A stretch of 64,000 nt of DNA from assembly GCF_030691135.1 (NCBI RefSeq), contig NZ_JAUYFA010000058.1:1620-65619 (forward strand). The letters are read 5' to 3'. The position numbers were made by a program, and so were the translations under genes. Below are positions 53,723-63,214 of the stretch, in pieces. The notes under the pieces are model-generated. The model was not told where the DNA came from and did not search any database. It saw only the letters and a list, made by a program, of their open reading frames with translations. How positions within the stretch are numbered: position 1 is the first letter of the stretch; the number at the start of each line of letters is the position of its first letter. Source of the stretch: Phreatobacter sp. Its GTDB lineage: Bacteria > Pseudomonadota > Alphaproteobacteria > Rhizobiales > Phreatobacteraceae.

Positions 53723-54673
53723 TCAGTCGAACAGGCTCGACACGCTTTCCTCGCTCGCCGTGCGGGCGATGGCCTCGCCGATGAGGCTGGCGATCGATAG
53801 CGTGCGGATGTTGCGGGCGACCCGGACCGCCTCGGTCGGCTGGATGGAATCGGTGATCACCAGTTCCTTCAGTTTCGAGGCGGTGATGCGGGCGACGGCG
53901 CCGCCCGACAGCACGCCATGGGTGATGTAGGCCGAGACGTCCTTGGCGCCGCGCGCCAGCAGCGCCTCGGCGGCGTTGACCAGCGTGCCGCCGGAATCGA
54001 CGATGTCGTCGACGAGGATGCAGCTCTTGCCCTCGACGTCACCGATGACGTTCATCACCTCGCTCTCGCCCGGGCGCTCACGGCGCTTGTCGACGATGGC
54101 GAGCAGTGCGTCGATGCGTTTGGCGAGCGCGCGCGCGCGCACCACGCCGCCGACGTCCGGCGAAACCACCATCACGTCCTCGATGCTGCGGCTTTCCCGG
54201 ATGTCCTTCGCCAGCAGCGGCGCGGCGACCAGGATGTCGGTGGGGATGTCGAAGAAGCCCTGGATCTGCCCGGCATGGAGATCGAGCGTCATGACGCGAT
54301 CGGCGCCGGAGCGCGTGATCAGGTTGGCGACGAGCTTGGCGGAGATCGGCGTCCGCGAGCCGGACCGGCGGTCCTGGCGGGCATAACCGAAATAAGGGAT
54401 CACCGCGGTGATGCGCTTGGCCGAGGAGCGACGCAGCGCGTCACAGATGATCAGCAGCTCCATCAGATGGTCGTTGGTCGGATACGATGTCGACTGGACG
54501 ACATAGACGTCCTCGCCGCGCACGTTCTCCTGAATTTCGACGAAGATTTCCATATCCGCGAAACGGCGGACGGAGGCCTTGGCCGGGGGCGTGTTGAGAT
54601 AGGCCCCGATCGCGTCGGCGAGCGGCCGGTTGGAATTGCCGGAAACGATCTTGATCCCGGGTTTTCGCGACAT
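53723..54673 (-). CDS. prs: ribose-phosphate pyrophosphokinase
   Basis: [43 protein letters not shown] and the PRPP loop [12 protein letters not shown]. Confidence 0.95.
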   Translation of the reverse strand: MSRKPGIKIVSGNSNRPLADAIGAYLNTPPAKASVRRFADMEIFVEIQENVRGEDVYVVQSTSYPTNDHLMELLIICDALRRSSAKRITAVIPYFGYARQDRRSGSRTPISAKLVANLITRSGADRVMTLDLHAGQIQGFFDIPTDILVAAPLLAKDIRESRSIEDVMVVSPDVGGVVRARALAKRIDALLAIVDKRRERPGESEVMNVIGDVEGKSCILVDDIVDSGGTLVNAAEALLARGAKDVSAYITHGVLSGGAVARITASKLKELVITDSIQPTEAVRVARNIRTLSIASLIGEAIARTASEESVSSLFD

Positions 54674-54831
54674 GAGGCAGCTCTCGGGGCAGCGATGAAG
54701 GCGCCCTCATAGCAACCGAACCCCCGCGCTACAATGCCGCGCGCGCCTTACCCACCTGGCCATCAACAGGGTGTGACGCCTGGGTGACGCGGAAAAGGCC
54801 GTATCGTGCCGCGGTGCGATACGAACGCGGC

Positions 54832-55599
54832 TCAGGTGGCCAGGGCGATGCCGGCGATATGCCGGCCGTAGTCTGGCTCCTTGCGGTGGGTGGTGCGCCG
54901 GTAGGAGTAGAAGCGCGCCTCGTCCGCATAGGTGTCGAGGCGCAGGTCGTCGAGATGGACGATGCCGGCGGCCGACAGCCTGGCGGAGATGAAGCCCGGC
55001 AGGTCGAACTGGGCATGGCCCGGCCGGCCTGGGGCGAAGAACCGGGCATAGGCCTCGTCGGTGCCGCGGAACTGGTCGACGAAGGCCTGCGAGACCTCGT
55101 AACTCGGCTGCCGGATCAGAGGGCCGATGGCGACGCTGATGCGGGAGCGGTGGGCGCCGAGCCCTTCCATCGCCGCGATGGTAGCCTCAAGGACCCCGCC
55201 GATGGCCCCCTTCCAGCCGGCATGGGCGGCGCCGACCACGCCCGCCGCGGCATCGGCGAAGAGCACTGGTCCGCAGTCGGCGGCGGCGACGCCGCAGGCG
55301 ATGCCGGGCACCCGCGTCACCACCGCATCGGCTTTGGGCCGGTCGCCGCCGTCATGGGGCCTGTCCGCAATGATGACGTCGGGCGAATGGATCTGGAAAC
55401 AGGAGATCAGGGCATTGTCGGCGACGCCCAGCGTGGCGGCCATGCGGCGGCGGTTCTCGCGCACGTTCCCGCCGTCGTCCCCCGAGCCGAGCCCCGCATT
55501 GAGCGAGGCGTAGAGCCCCTCCGACACGCCCCCCTCGCGGGTGAAGAAGGCATGGCGAATGCCGGGCAGGGCGGCGAGGGCGGGCGAGGTCACGAACAT
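54832..55599 (-). CDS. pgeF: peptidoglycan editing factor PgeF (YfiH/DUF152 laccase-domain protein)
   Basis: IRHAFFTREGGVS, QIHS, ADCGPVLF and AHAGWKG motifs. The start is ATG 55599 or TTG 55635. Confidence 0.85.
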   Translation of the reverse strand: MFVTSPALAALPGIRHAFFTREGGVSEGLYASLNAGLGSGDDGGNVRENRRRMAATLGVADNALISCFQIHSPDVIIADRPHDGGDRPKADAVVTRVPGIACGVAAADCGPVLFADAAAGVVGAAHAGWKGAIGGVLEATIAAMEGLGAHRSRISVAIGPLIRQPSYEVSQAFVDQFRGTDEAYARFFAPGRPGHAQFDLPGFISARLSAAGIVHLDDLRLDTYADEARFYSYRRTTHRKEPDYGRHIAGIALAT

Positions 55600-55652
55600 G
55601 GGCAAAGCGAAATCTGCTTCGCGCGCCGGTGTCAATCGGCGCCGCGCAGACG

Positions 55653-56735
55653 TCAGGCGAGCCGCGGCAGCCGGTCGAGGAGATCGCGCGACGAGGCCAC
55701 CGCCATCGCCTTGAACAGCGATCCCATGCCGGCAGGGGCCGGATCGATCAGCCGCTCGACCCCGGCCCGCAGCGTCTCGAACGCGTCCGGGCGGCTTTGA
55801 GCGAGACGTTCCGCCCGCTCGCGGAGACCGAGGCCGAAGAGCAGGGCGCGCTGGTCGACGGCGGGCGAGGCCGCAAGGCCCGAGGCAACGGCGGCCGCCG
55901 CGAAAGCCTCGAAATCGACATGGGCGGTGATGTCCGCCTCTCCCGGCGCGGCCAGGGGATCGGTGAAGCGATGCGCCTGTACCGCCTGCAGCGTCTCGCC
56001 ATGGGCCGATGCGACATGGCCATAATCGATGAAGAGGCCGGCCAGAGGAGCGCGCCTGGCGGCGAGGCCGGCCGCGAGGTGATGGAAGGCCGGACAGATC
56101 TCGACGACCGCCCCTGGCTCTCCCTGGCGGAGCGCGGCGGGGATGAGCGCTTGCGGCACGGGATCGCGGGCGAGGCCGAAGGCGAGCGCTCCGTCGACGA
56201 GCCCGACGACACGCTCGCGCCAGCCGGCGGCAGTCATGACGAATTGCCGGATCGGCAGGGCGTCGAGAAACTCGTTGGCGACGAGAATGGCGGGCCCGGG
56301 CGGGACGGTCGAGAGGTCGCGATGCCAGGCGAGCGGTACACTCGCCGCGCTCAGCACCTCATTCTGCCGCGCCGCGAGCACGGGCGAGGTCTCGACCAGA
56401 TGCACCGAGAGGGCCGCCCGAAAGGCTGGCAGCGCCTCTGCCGCGCGCAGGAGATCGGCCATCAGCGTGCCGCGCCCCGGCCCGAACTCGACGAGGGCGA
56501 CGGCCGCCGGCCGGCCCAACGCCTCCCAGGCGCTGGCCGCCCAGACGCCGGTCAGCTCGCCGAAGACCTGGCAGATCTCCGGCGCGGTGATGAAGTCTCC
56601 GGCGGCGCCGAAGGGGTCACGCGTCATGTAGTAGCCGTGGCGCGGGTGACCCAGCGCCAGCGCCATGAAACGGTCGACGGGCAGGGGTCCTTCCGTCGCA
56701 ATGAGCGCCTTCAGCTCCGCCGCCAACGGCGTCAT
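55653..56735 (-). CDS. class I SAM-dependent methyltransferase (DUF185 / NDUFAF7-MidA-like)
   Basis: GDFITAPEICQVFGEL, LVEFGPGRGTLMAD and ANEFLDALP. ATG 56735 overlaps the lgt stop (ATGA). Confidence 0.85.
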   Translation of the reverse strand: MTPLAAELKALIATEGPLPVDRFMALALGHPRHGYYMTRDPFGAAGDFITAPEICQVFGELTGVWAASAWEALGRPAAVALVEFGPGRGTLMADLLRAAEALPAFRAALSVHLVETSPVLAARQNEVLSAASVPLAWHRDLSTVPPGPAILVANEFLDALPIRQFVMTAAGWRERVVGLVDGALAFGLARDPVPQALIPAALRQGEPGAVVEICPAFHHLAAGLAARRAPLAGLFIDYGHVASAHGETLQAVQAHRFTDPLAAPGEADITAHVDFEAFAAAAVASGLAASPAVDQRALLFGLGLRERAERLAQSRPDAFETLRAGVERLIDPAPAGMGSLFKAMAVASSRDLLDRLPRLA

Positions 56736-57547
56736 GCCGGCTGGCGCCGCGACCTGAGCACCAGCCACAGCCCGACGCCGACCAGCGGTACCGATAGGAG
56801 CTGGCCCATGGTCGCGCCGGCGAAGAGGAAGCCGAGTTGCGGATCGGGCTGGCGGAACAGCTCGCCGAAGGACCGCGCCAGCCCATAGCCGATGCCGAAA
56901 CAGCCGGCGAGGAGGCCCGGTCGCTTCAGCCCGCCGGCCCGGACGATCAGCAGCAGGACGACGAAGAGCAGCAACCCCTCGGTCAGCGCCTGGTAGATCT
57001 GGCTGGGGTGGCGCGGCTCCGGCCCCGCACCGGGGAAGATGAAGGCCCACGGCACATCGGTGACGCGGCCCCAGAGCTCCGGCTTGATGAAATTGGCGAG
57101 CCGGCCGAGGGCGATGCCGATCGGTGCGACGACGGCGGCGAGATCGACCAGCGGCAGGAGCGGCAGGGAATTGCGCCGCGCGAAGATGAGGAGGCCGACG
57201 ACCGCCCCGACGATGCCGCCGTGGAAGGCCATGCCTCCCTCCCAGACCGCCAGGATCGCGGCCGGGTTGGCGAGGTAATAGTCGAGATTGTAGACGAAGA
57301 CGAAGGCGAGGCGGCCGCCGAGAATGCCGGCGAGCGCCGCCCAGACGATGGCGTCGTCGATGACCGCCGGCGCGAAGGGCGCCCTGCCGCCGGGCCAGAG
57401 GCGGTCGGTCGCGACGAGCCTCTTGGCCAGCCACCAGCCGAACAGGAACCCGCCGATATAGGCCAGCGCATACCAGCGGATCGCCAGCGGGCCGACCGCG
57501 ATCAGGACCGGGTCGATGACGGGAAAGGGCAGGGCGAGGAGCGTCAT
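56732..57547 (-). CDS. lgt: prolipoprotein diacylglyceryl transferase
   Basis: IRWYALAYIGGFLFG, GGMAFHGG, ALGRLANFIKPELWGR and HPSQIYQAL motifs. Starts at ATG 57547. Confidence 0.92.
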   Translation of the reverse strand: MTLLALPFPVIDPVLIAVGPLAIRWYALAYIGGFLFGWWLAKRLVATDRLWPGGRAPFAPAVIDDAIVWAALAGILGGRLAFVFVYNLDYYLANPAAILAVWEGGMAFHGGIVGAVVGLLIFARRNSLPLLPLVDLAAVVAPIGIALGRLANFIKPELWGRVTDVPWAFIFPGAGPEPRHPSQIYQALTEGLLLFVVLLLIVRAGGLKRPGLLAGCFGIGYGLARSFGELFRQPDPQLGFLFAGATMGQLLSVPLVGVGLWLVLRSRRQPA

Positions 57548-57650
57548 GGAGGCGGTTTGCCCGCGCCGGCCCGCGAGGTCAAGCAGCCCCGTCGGCTCTT
57601 GCGCCGCGGCCGGTGCGACCCCATACCCTGACCAGCAGCGGAGAGATCCC

Positions 57651-57905
57651 ATGACACAGAGCAGCGACCGCATCGCCGACGAGTTCGCCAAGTTCATGAC
57701 CGATGCCGCGGGCTTCGCCCAGGGCATGAAGCGCGAGGCCGACACCTTCGTGAAGACCCAGGCCGAGCGCCTGTTGCGCGACATGGACCTGCCCAGCCGC
57801 GAGGAATTCGAGGCCGTGCGCGACATGGCCGTGAAGGCCCGCGAGGAAAACGAGGCACTGAAGGCGCGCATCGAGGCGTTGGAGGCGCGGCTGTCGGCCG
57901 GCTGA
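57651..57905 (+). CDS. UbiK/BMFP-family accessory factor (small coiled-coil protein)
   Basis: 84 aa. DMDLPSREEFEAVRDMAVKAREENEALKARIEALEARL is the typical C-terminal leucine-zipper-like helix of this family. Confidence 0.75.
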   Translation: MTQSSDRIADEFAKFMTDAAGFAQGMKREADTFVKTQAERLLRDMDLPSREEFEAVRDMAVKAREENEALKARIEALEARLSAG

Positions 57906-58142
57906 GCCATCTGCCCGAGAGTGGGCGAGTTGCACGGGCCAAAGACGTGCGCGGGCCAAGTGCGTCCTTCGAGGCTCGCCGTAGCGTCGAGCGAATGCGG
58001 GACGCGTTCGTTTGTCGCCAGGCGGCCATTTCCGGGCGATGAGAGTGAAGGCCGACCCCTAGGGATCATGACGCGCCCCGGTCGAGCCTCTAGGGCAGCA
58101 GGGCCTTCACGCCACAGGTCCGGATCTCGTTTTCGGGCCGGC

Positions 58143-59033
58143 TCAACCCGGCCAGCGCTGCGCCTTGGAGACGAGGAAGTCGCGGAACACCTGCACGCGG
58201 GCGACCGACTTCAGCTCTTCCGGATAGACGAACCATGCGTCGAGCACCGGCATTTCCTCATCGTCGAGGATCTGGACGAGCCCCGATCCGTCACGGACGA
58301 GATAGTCGGGCAGAACCGCGATGCCGATGCCGTTCTCGACCGCCGCCACCAGCCCCGAGATGTTGTTGATCGTCATCGCGAAGGAGCGCGGAACCATGCC
58401 GCTGCGGCCGGCGGTCGATAGCCAGGTGACATTCTGCATGTAGTTCGGCGCCCTGCCACCGAAGGCCAGGATGCGGTGACCGTCGAGTTCGTTGGCGTTC
58501 TTCGGCGAGCCGTTGCGCTTCAGGTAGTCGGACGAGGCGAAGGCGTGGAACTTGATCTGGAACAGCTTGCGCTGGATGAGGTCTGGCTGCACCGGCTGGC
58601 GCACGCGGATGCCGACATCCGCCTCGCGCATCGACAGGTCGAGTTCCTCGTCGGTGAGGATCATCTTGATCTGGATGTCGGGATAGAGGTCGAGGAATTC
58701 GCCGAGACGCGGTGCGAGCCATGCGGTGCCGAGGCCGACGGTGGTCGACACCTTCAGTTCGCCGTTCGGCCGTTCCTTCGAGTCCGTCAGCTTGATCTTG
58801 GCACTTTCGAGCTTCATCAGCACGTCTTGCGCCGTATGGTAGAGAAGCTCTCCCTGTTCGGTCAGCACCAGGCCGCGGGCATGGCGGTGGAACAGGGGAA
58901 CCTTGAGGTCCTGCTCCAGCGACGAGACCTGTCGCGAAACGGCCGACTGCGACAGTCCCAGCGTATCGGCTGCATGGGTGAAGCTGCCCGCTGCTGCGGC
59001 GGCATGGAAGATCCTCAGCTTGTCCCAGTCCAT
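58143..59033 (-). CDS. LysR-family transcriptional regulator
   Basis: N-terminal HTH LRIFHAAAAAGSFTHAADTLGLSQSAVSRQVSSLE plus a LysR substrate-binding domain. It sits directly downstream of trxB on the same strand. Confidence 0.9.
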   Translation of the reverse strand: MDWDKLRIFHAAAAAGSFTHAADTLGLSQSAVSRQVSSLEQDLKVPLFHRHARGLVLTEQGELLYHTAQDVLMKLESAKIKLTDSKERPNGELKVSTTVGLGTAWLAPRLGEFLDLYPDIQIKMILTDEELDLSMREADVGIRVRQPVQPDLIQRKLFQIKFHAFASSDYLKRNGSPKNANELDGHRILAFGGRAPNYMQNVTWLSTAGRSGMVPRSFAMTINNISGLVAAVENGIGIAVLPDYLVRDGSGLVQILDDEEMPVLDAWFVYPEELKSVARVQVFRDFLVSKAQRWPG

Positions 59034-59066
59034 CGAAGTCTCCCGGAGGCGGCTGCTTTGCCCGTC

Positions 59067-60029
59067 TTATTCTGCGGCTTGTCGGATCGTCGCGTGGTGA
59101 GCGAGATACCGTTCGGCTTCGAGGGCGGCCATGCATCCCATGCCGGCGGCGGTGACCGCCTGGCGATAGGTGTCATCGGTGACGTCTCCGGCGGCGAAAA
59201 CGCCGGCGACGTCGGTGGCGGTGGAATCGGGAGCGGTCCACAGATAGCCGGTCGGCTTCTTGCGGAGTTGGGCCTCGAAGAGTTCGACGGCCGGGGCATG
59301 GCCGATGGCGATGAAGACGCCGGCGACGGGGCGCTCGTGCATCTCACCGGTCTTGACGTTCTTCAGACGCACGCGGGTCACAGCGGTCGGATCGTCACGA
59401 CCGATGATCTCGTCCAGCGCGCTGTCCCACACCACCTCGATCTTCGGATGGGCGAAGAGGCGCTCCTGCAGGATGCGCTCGGCCTTGAAGGCGTCGCGGC
59501 GATGGACGACGGTCACCCTGGAAGCGAAATTGGTGAGGAAAAGCGCCTCCTCGACGGCCGTATTGCCGCCGCCGACCACCAGCACATCCTTGTTGCGGTA
59601 GAAGAAGCCGTCACAGGTGGCGCATGCGGAGACGCCGAAGCCGCGAAACTTCTGCTCCGAGGGCAAGTCCAGCCATTTGGCCTGGGCGCCGGTACAGATG
59701 ATCAGCGCGTCCGTCTCGTAGACGTCACCGGATTCGCAGGTGATGCGGAACGGGCGCTGCTGCAGGTCCACGGCGGCGACGTGATCGGAGACGATGCGGG
59801 TGCCGACATGGGCCGCCTGCTTCTCCATCTGCTCCATCAGCCAGGGACCCTGGATGACGTCGGCGAAGCCCGGATAGTTCTCGACGTCGGTGGTGATGGT
59901 CAGCTGTCCGCCGGGCTGGATGCCCTGGATCATGACCGGCTTCAGCATGGCGCGGGCCGCGTAGATGGCGGCCGTGTAGCCGGCCGGGCCGGAACCGATG
60001 ATGACGACGCGCTCGCGATGGGAGACCAT
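59067..60029 (-). CDS. trxB: thioredoxin-disulfide reductase
   Basis: GSGPAGYTAAIYAAR FAD motif, redox-active CATCDG and GGGNTAVEEA NADPH motif. Confidence 0.95.
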   Translation of the reverse strand: MVSHRERVVIIGSGPAGYTAAIYAARAMLKPVMIQGIQPGGQLTITTDVENYPGFADVIQGPWLMEQMEKQAAHVGTRIVSDHVAAVDLQQRPFRITCESGDVYETDALIICTGAQAKWLDLPSEQKFRGFGVSACATCDGFFYRNKDVLVVGGGNTAVEEALFLTNFASRVTVVHRRDAFKAERILQERLFAHPKIEVVWDSALDEIIGRDDPTAVTRVRLKNVKTGEMHERPVAGVFIAIGHAPAVELFEAQLRKKPTGYLWTAPDSTATDVAGVFAAGDVTDDTYRQAVTAAGMGCMAALEAERYLAHHATIRQAAE

Positions 60030-60456
60030 GATGTCCGGCCGAGGGATAGGAGAAGGCGCCGAAAAAGGCCCCGCAGGCCGATAATCTGGAACAGCTATGC
60101 GCTTGGCGCAAGGCTCATTCCACCGACTTCATCATCTTGTCAACGAAATGGATTGATGGGATGCCGCACAAATCTGAATGATATGCATCGCATAGCGATA
60201 CTTTCGTGGCGTTTTGTGATGCGGAGCTGATCCTTGGTTGTCCGATCCAGCAGGCGCTCGTCCTCGAAGGCGCGACGTCCCGCCTGACGCCCCTTTTGCC
60301 CCGCTCGGTTCCAAAGTTTCAGGCGTGCTACCGTTTTGTCCATGCGCGGGAATGCCGCTGATACCCATCGGCGCGGGCCGGTCGCCGTCTGGCGATGCGC
60401 GAAATTTTGTTGCGCAAAAAGGGGGGTTGCGCTACTCGGCTGATACATCAGCCACC

Positions 60457-60951
60457 GTGGAGACGTGCCCCGTGAAGGCCCGCCTGGACGCCATCGACTG
60501 GAAGATTCTCCGCGAGCTTCAGGGCGACGGGCGGATGACCAATGTCGAACTGGCGAGCCGGGTCGGCATTTCGGCGCCGCCCTGCCTCAGGCGCGTGCGC
60601 GCGCTGGAGGAGATGGGCGTCATCCGCGGCTACCGCGCGCTGCTGGCGAGCGAGAAACTCGGATATGGCATCACCGTTTTCGCCATGGTGCACCTGGCGA
60701 GCCAGGCCGAGGCTGATCTCCACGCCTTCGCCGAGAAGGTCCGGCACTGGCCGGTCATCCGCGAATGCCACACGGTCTCGGGCGATTTCGATTTCGTCAT
60801 GAAATGCGTGGCGCCGGACCTGGCGAGCTTTCAGAATTTCGTCTCCGACCTCACCGCGACGCCCAATGTGCGCAATGTGCGCACCGTCCTGACCCTCGGC
60901 CAGGTGAAGGACGAGGCGGCGGTGCCGCTCGAAATCGCGCCTGTCGACTGA
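60457..60951 (+). CDS. Lrp/AsnC-family transcriptional regulator
   Basis: LDAIDWKILRELQGDGRMTNVELASRVGISAPPCLRRVRALEEMGVI plus an RAM/ACT-like C-terminal domain. The start is uncertain (GTG 60457 or GTG 60472). Confidence 0.85.
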   Translation: METCPVKARLDAIDWKILRELQGDGRMTNVELASRVGISAPPCLRRVRALEEMGVIRGYRALLASEKLGYGITVFAMVHLASQAEADLHAFAEKVRHWPVIRECHTVSGDFDFVMKCVAPDLASFQNFVSDLTATPNVRNVRTVLTLGQVKDEAAVPLEIAPVD

Positions 60952-60999
60952 CCGTGTGCGCAGCGAGAGCGCCGGGGATCGAACAGCACGGATGCCATC

Positions 61000-61899
61000 A
61001 TGACGACGACCCCCGCGGACCCGGGTGACCGCCTGTCGATCGCCCTGCCGGACGGTGCGATGTCGGGTCTGCGCTGGGGGGCCGGCGAGACGCCGCCCGA
61101 CCTCGTCTTTCTCCACGCCAACGGCTTCAACGCCGCGACCTACGGCCCGCTGCTCGCGCCGCTGGGAGCCGGCAACAGCATCGTCGCTCTCGACTTGCGC
61201 GGTCACGGATTGTCCAGCCTGCCGGCAGAACCGGTGCGGATGACGAACTGGAACGCCTATGCCGACGATCTCGTCGAGGTCCTCGACCGGATCGTGCCCG
61301 CGGGCGCCCGCCCGCCCATCCTCGCCGGTCATTCGATGGGATCGGTCGCGGCGCTGCTGGCGGCGGCGCGCCGCCCCGCCCGCGTGCGCGGGCTCGTTCT
61401 CCTCGACCCCGTGATGATGCACCCGTGGCTGTGGCTCTACGCGCGCACGCCCTGGGGCGCGGCCCGCATGCGCAACATCGACCTCGCCGTCGGTGCGGCC
61501 AAGCGCCGCGCCGTCTTTCCGTCCAGGGACGAGGCGGTGGCGACCTACCGCACCCGCAAGACCTTCGCCTCGTGGCAGCCGGGATTCCTGGAGGGCTATG
61601 TCGCTGGCGGCTTCGTCGACGACCCCGAGGGCGTCCGGCTCGCCTGCGCCCCGGCCTGGGAAGCGGCCAATTTCGCCTCGCAGACACAGAATCCATGGGG
61701 CGCGCTGAAGCGGGTGGAGGTTCCTGTCAGGATCTTGGCCGGCGGCGTCCGGTCCACCGTCTATGGCGGCGAAGCGCGGCTCGCCCGCGTCGCACCCCAC
61801 GTCCCCGTCGAGACGCTGCCCGACACCTCGCATTTCTTCCCCATGGAGCGCCCCGACCGTGTCAGGGACGTCCTCCGCGAGGCACTCGCGCAGTCGTGA
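61000..61899 (+). CDS. alpha/beta-fold hydrolase
   Basis: HANGFNA oxyanion region, nucleophile elbow GHSMGS and a C-terminal His (DTSHFFPME). Confidence 0.8.
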   Translation: MTTTPADPGDRLSIALPDGAMSGLRWGAGETPPDLVFLHANGFNAATYGPLLAPLGAGNSIVALDLRGHGLSSLPAEPVRMTNWNAYADDLVEVLDRIVPAGARPPILAGHSMGSVAALLAAARRPARVRGLVLLDPVMMHPWLWLYARTPWGAARMRNIDLAVGAAKRRAVFPSRDEAVATYRTRKTFASWQPGFLEGYVAGGFVDDPEGVRLACAPAWEAANFASQTQNPWGALKRVEVPVRILAGGVRSTVYGGEARLARVAPHVPVETLPDTSHFFPMERPDRVRDVLREALAQS

Positions 61900-62005
61900 T
61901 CACGCGTGGGCTTTCGTGATCGCGCTATCAAAACTTTAGCCATGTTTTCCGGATAGGGATGCTGCACTGCAAAAGCGCCGGAGCGTCCGGCCTTTCCCTC
62001 CAGAT

Positions 62006-63214
62006 ATGGTCTGCATGTCCACCCATTTGTCCTTCGGCTCCTGGTTCTGGCTCGGCGCGTCACCGAAAGCTCCGGTGCGTGTGGAGAGGGACGTCCGCGT
62101 CGATGTGTTCCGCGGCCTCGCTCTCCTGATCATCTTCATCGACCATGTCGCGGGAAACATCCTGATTCGCGTCACCCCGACCTCTCTCGGTTTTTCCGAC
62201 GCGGCAGAGCATTTCGTGCTGCTCGCCGGTTTCTCCGCGGCACTCGCCTACGGCACGGTGATGGACCGCCGCAGCCTGGTGACCGGCACCGCCCAGATCG
62301 TCGCCCGCATCTGGAAGCTCTATCTCGCCCATCTCGGGCTCTTCGTGTTCACGGCCGTCGCCGTCGCCTTCATGGCCGTGCGCTTCGGCAACCCGCTCTA
62401 TTACGAACACGTCGCGATCCTGCCGTTCTTCCAGGACCCGGCCACGACGCTGCTGCAAACCGTGGCGCTCGTCTTCCTGCCGAACTACCTCGACATCCTG
62501 CCGCTCTACATCGTCCTCTTGGGCATGCTGCCTTTGCTCTGGCTGCTGGCGCGGGTCTCGCCGGCCCTGGCGCTCGCCGCCTCCGCAGGGCTTTACGGCG
62601 CCGCCTGGATGCTGGAACTCGCCATCCCCAACATGTCCACCGGTGGTGTCTGGTTCTTCAACCCCTTCGCGTGGCAACTGCTCTTCGCCGTCGGAATAGT
62701 GACGGGCCAGGCCGCCCTGCGCGGTGTCGCGCTTCCGCGCTCGCCGTTCATCACCGTCGTAGCGATCGCCATCGTCCTGTTCGGTCTGGTCAGTGCCGCC
62801 CCCTGGGCCGTCATTGCCGGGATGGAAGGCCTGATCCTGCCCGATGACTGGCGCCTCGACCTCGACAAGACCAACCTGTCGCTGTGGCGTTTCGCCCACG
62901 CGCTGTCGCTCGCCTACCTCATTGCCGCACATGTGCCGCGTACGGCCGGCTGGCTCGGTTCGGCGGTGGCGCGCCAGCTCGAACAGGCCGGACGTCACTC
63001 GCTCCCGCTCTTCTGCTTCGGCATCATCCTGTCGCTGCTCGGCACTTTCGCCCTCACCGAGATCGGCCGCGGCCTGCCGATGCAGGTTGCCGTCAACGTT
63101 GTCGGCATTACCCTCTTGCTCGGCACCGCAACTGTGCTTGAATGGTACCGTGGTGCGACAGCGAAAGCTTCTGCCAGGGCTCTGCCTGGCGTCGGCGAGG
63201 TGAAGGCGGCGTGA
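62006..63214 (+). CDS. OpgC-domain membrane acyltransferase-like protein
   Basis: RDVRVDVFRGLALLIIFIDH followed by about 10 hydrophobic segments, typical of OpgC/MdoC (glucan succinylation) proteins. Confidence 0.7.
   Translation: MVCMSTHLSFGSWFWLGASPKAPVRVERDVRVDVFRGLALLIIFIDHVAGNILIRVTPTSLGFSDAAEHFVLLAGFSAALAYGTVMDRRSLVTGTAQIVARIWKLYLAHLGLFVFTAVAVAFMAVRFGNPLYYEHVAILPFFQDPATTLLQTVALVFLPNYLDILPLYIVLLGMLPLLWLLARVSPALALAASAGLYGAAWMLELAIPNMSTGGVWFFNPFAWQLLFAVGIVTGQAALRGVALPRSPFITVVAIAIVLFGLVSAAPWAVIAGMEGLILPDDWRLDLDKTNLSLWRFAHALSLAYLIAAHVPRTAGWLGSAVARQLEQAGRHSLPLFCFGIILSLLGTFALTEIGRGLPMQVAVNVVGITLLLGTATVLEWYRGATAKASARALPGVGEVKAA

Noticed and set aside
55653-57434. A 593-aa ORF apparently fusing the DUF185 methyltransferase to an upstream Arg/Pro-rich region.
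   Set aside because: The upstream 230 codons are the out-of-frame shadow of lgt. ATG 56735 overlaps the lgt stop and gives the normal family N-terminus (MTPLAAELKALI).
60132-60448. 78-aa and 102-aa minus-strand ORFs in the trxB-lrp spacer.
   Set aside because: The translations are not protein-like (Arg/Gln/Thr-rich, with no hydrophobic core pattern). There is no SD, and the region looks regulatory.
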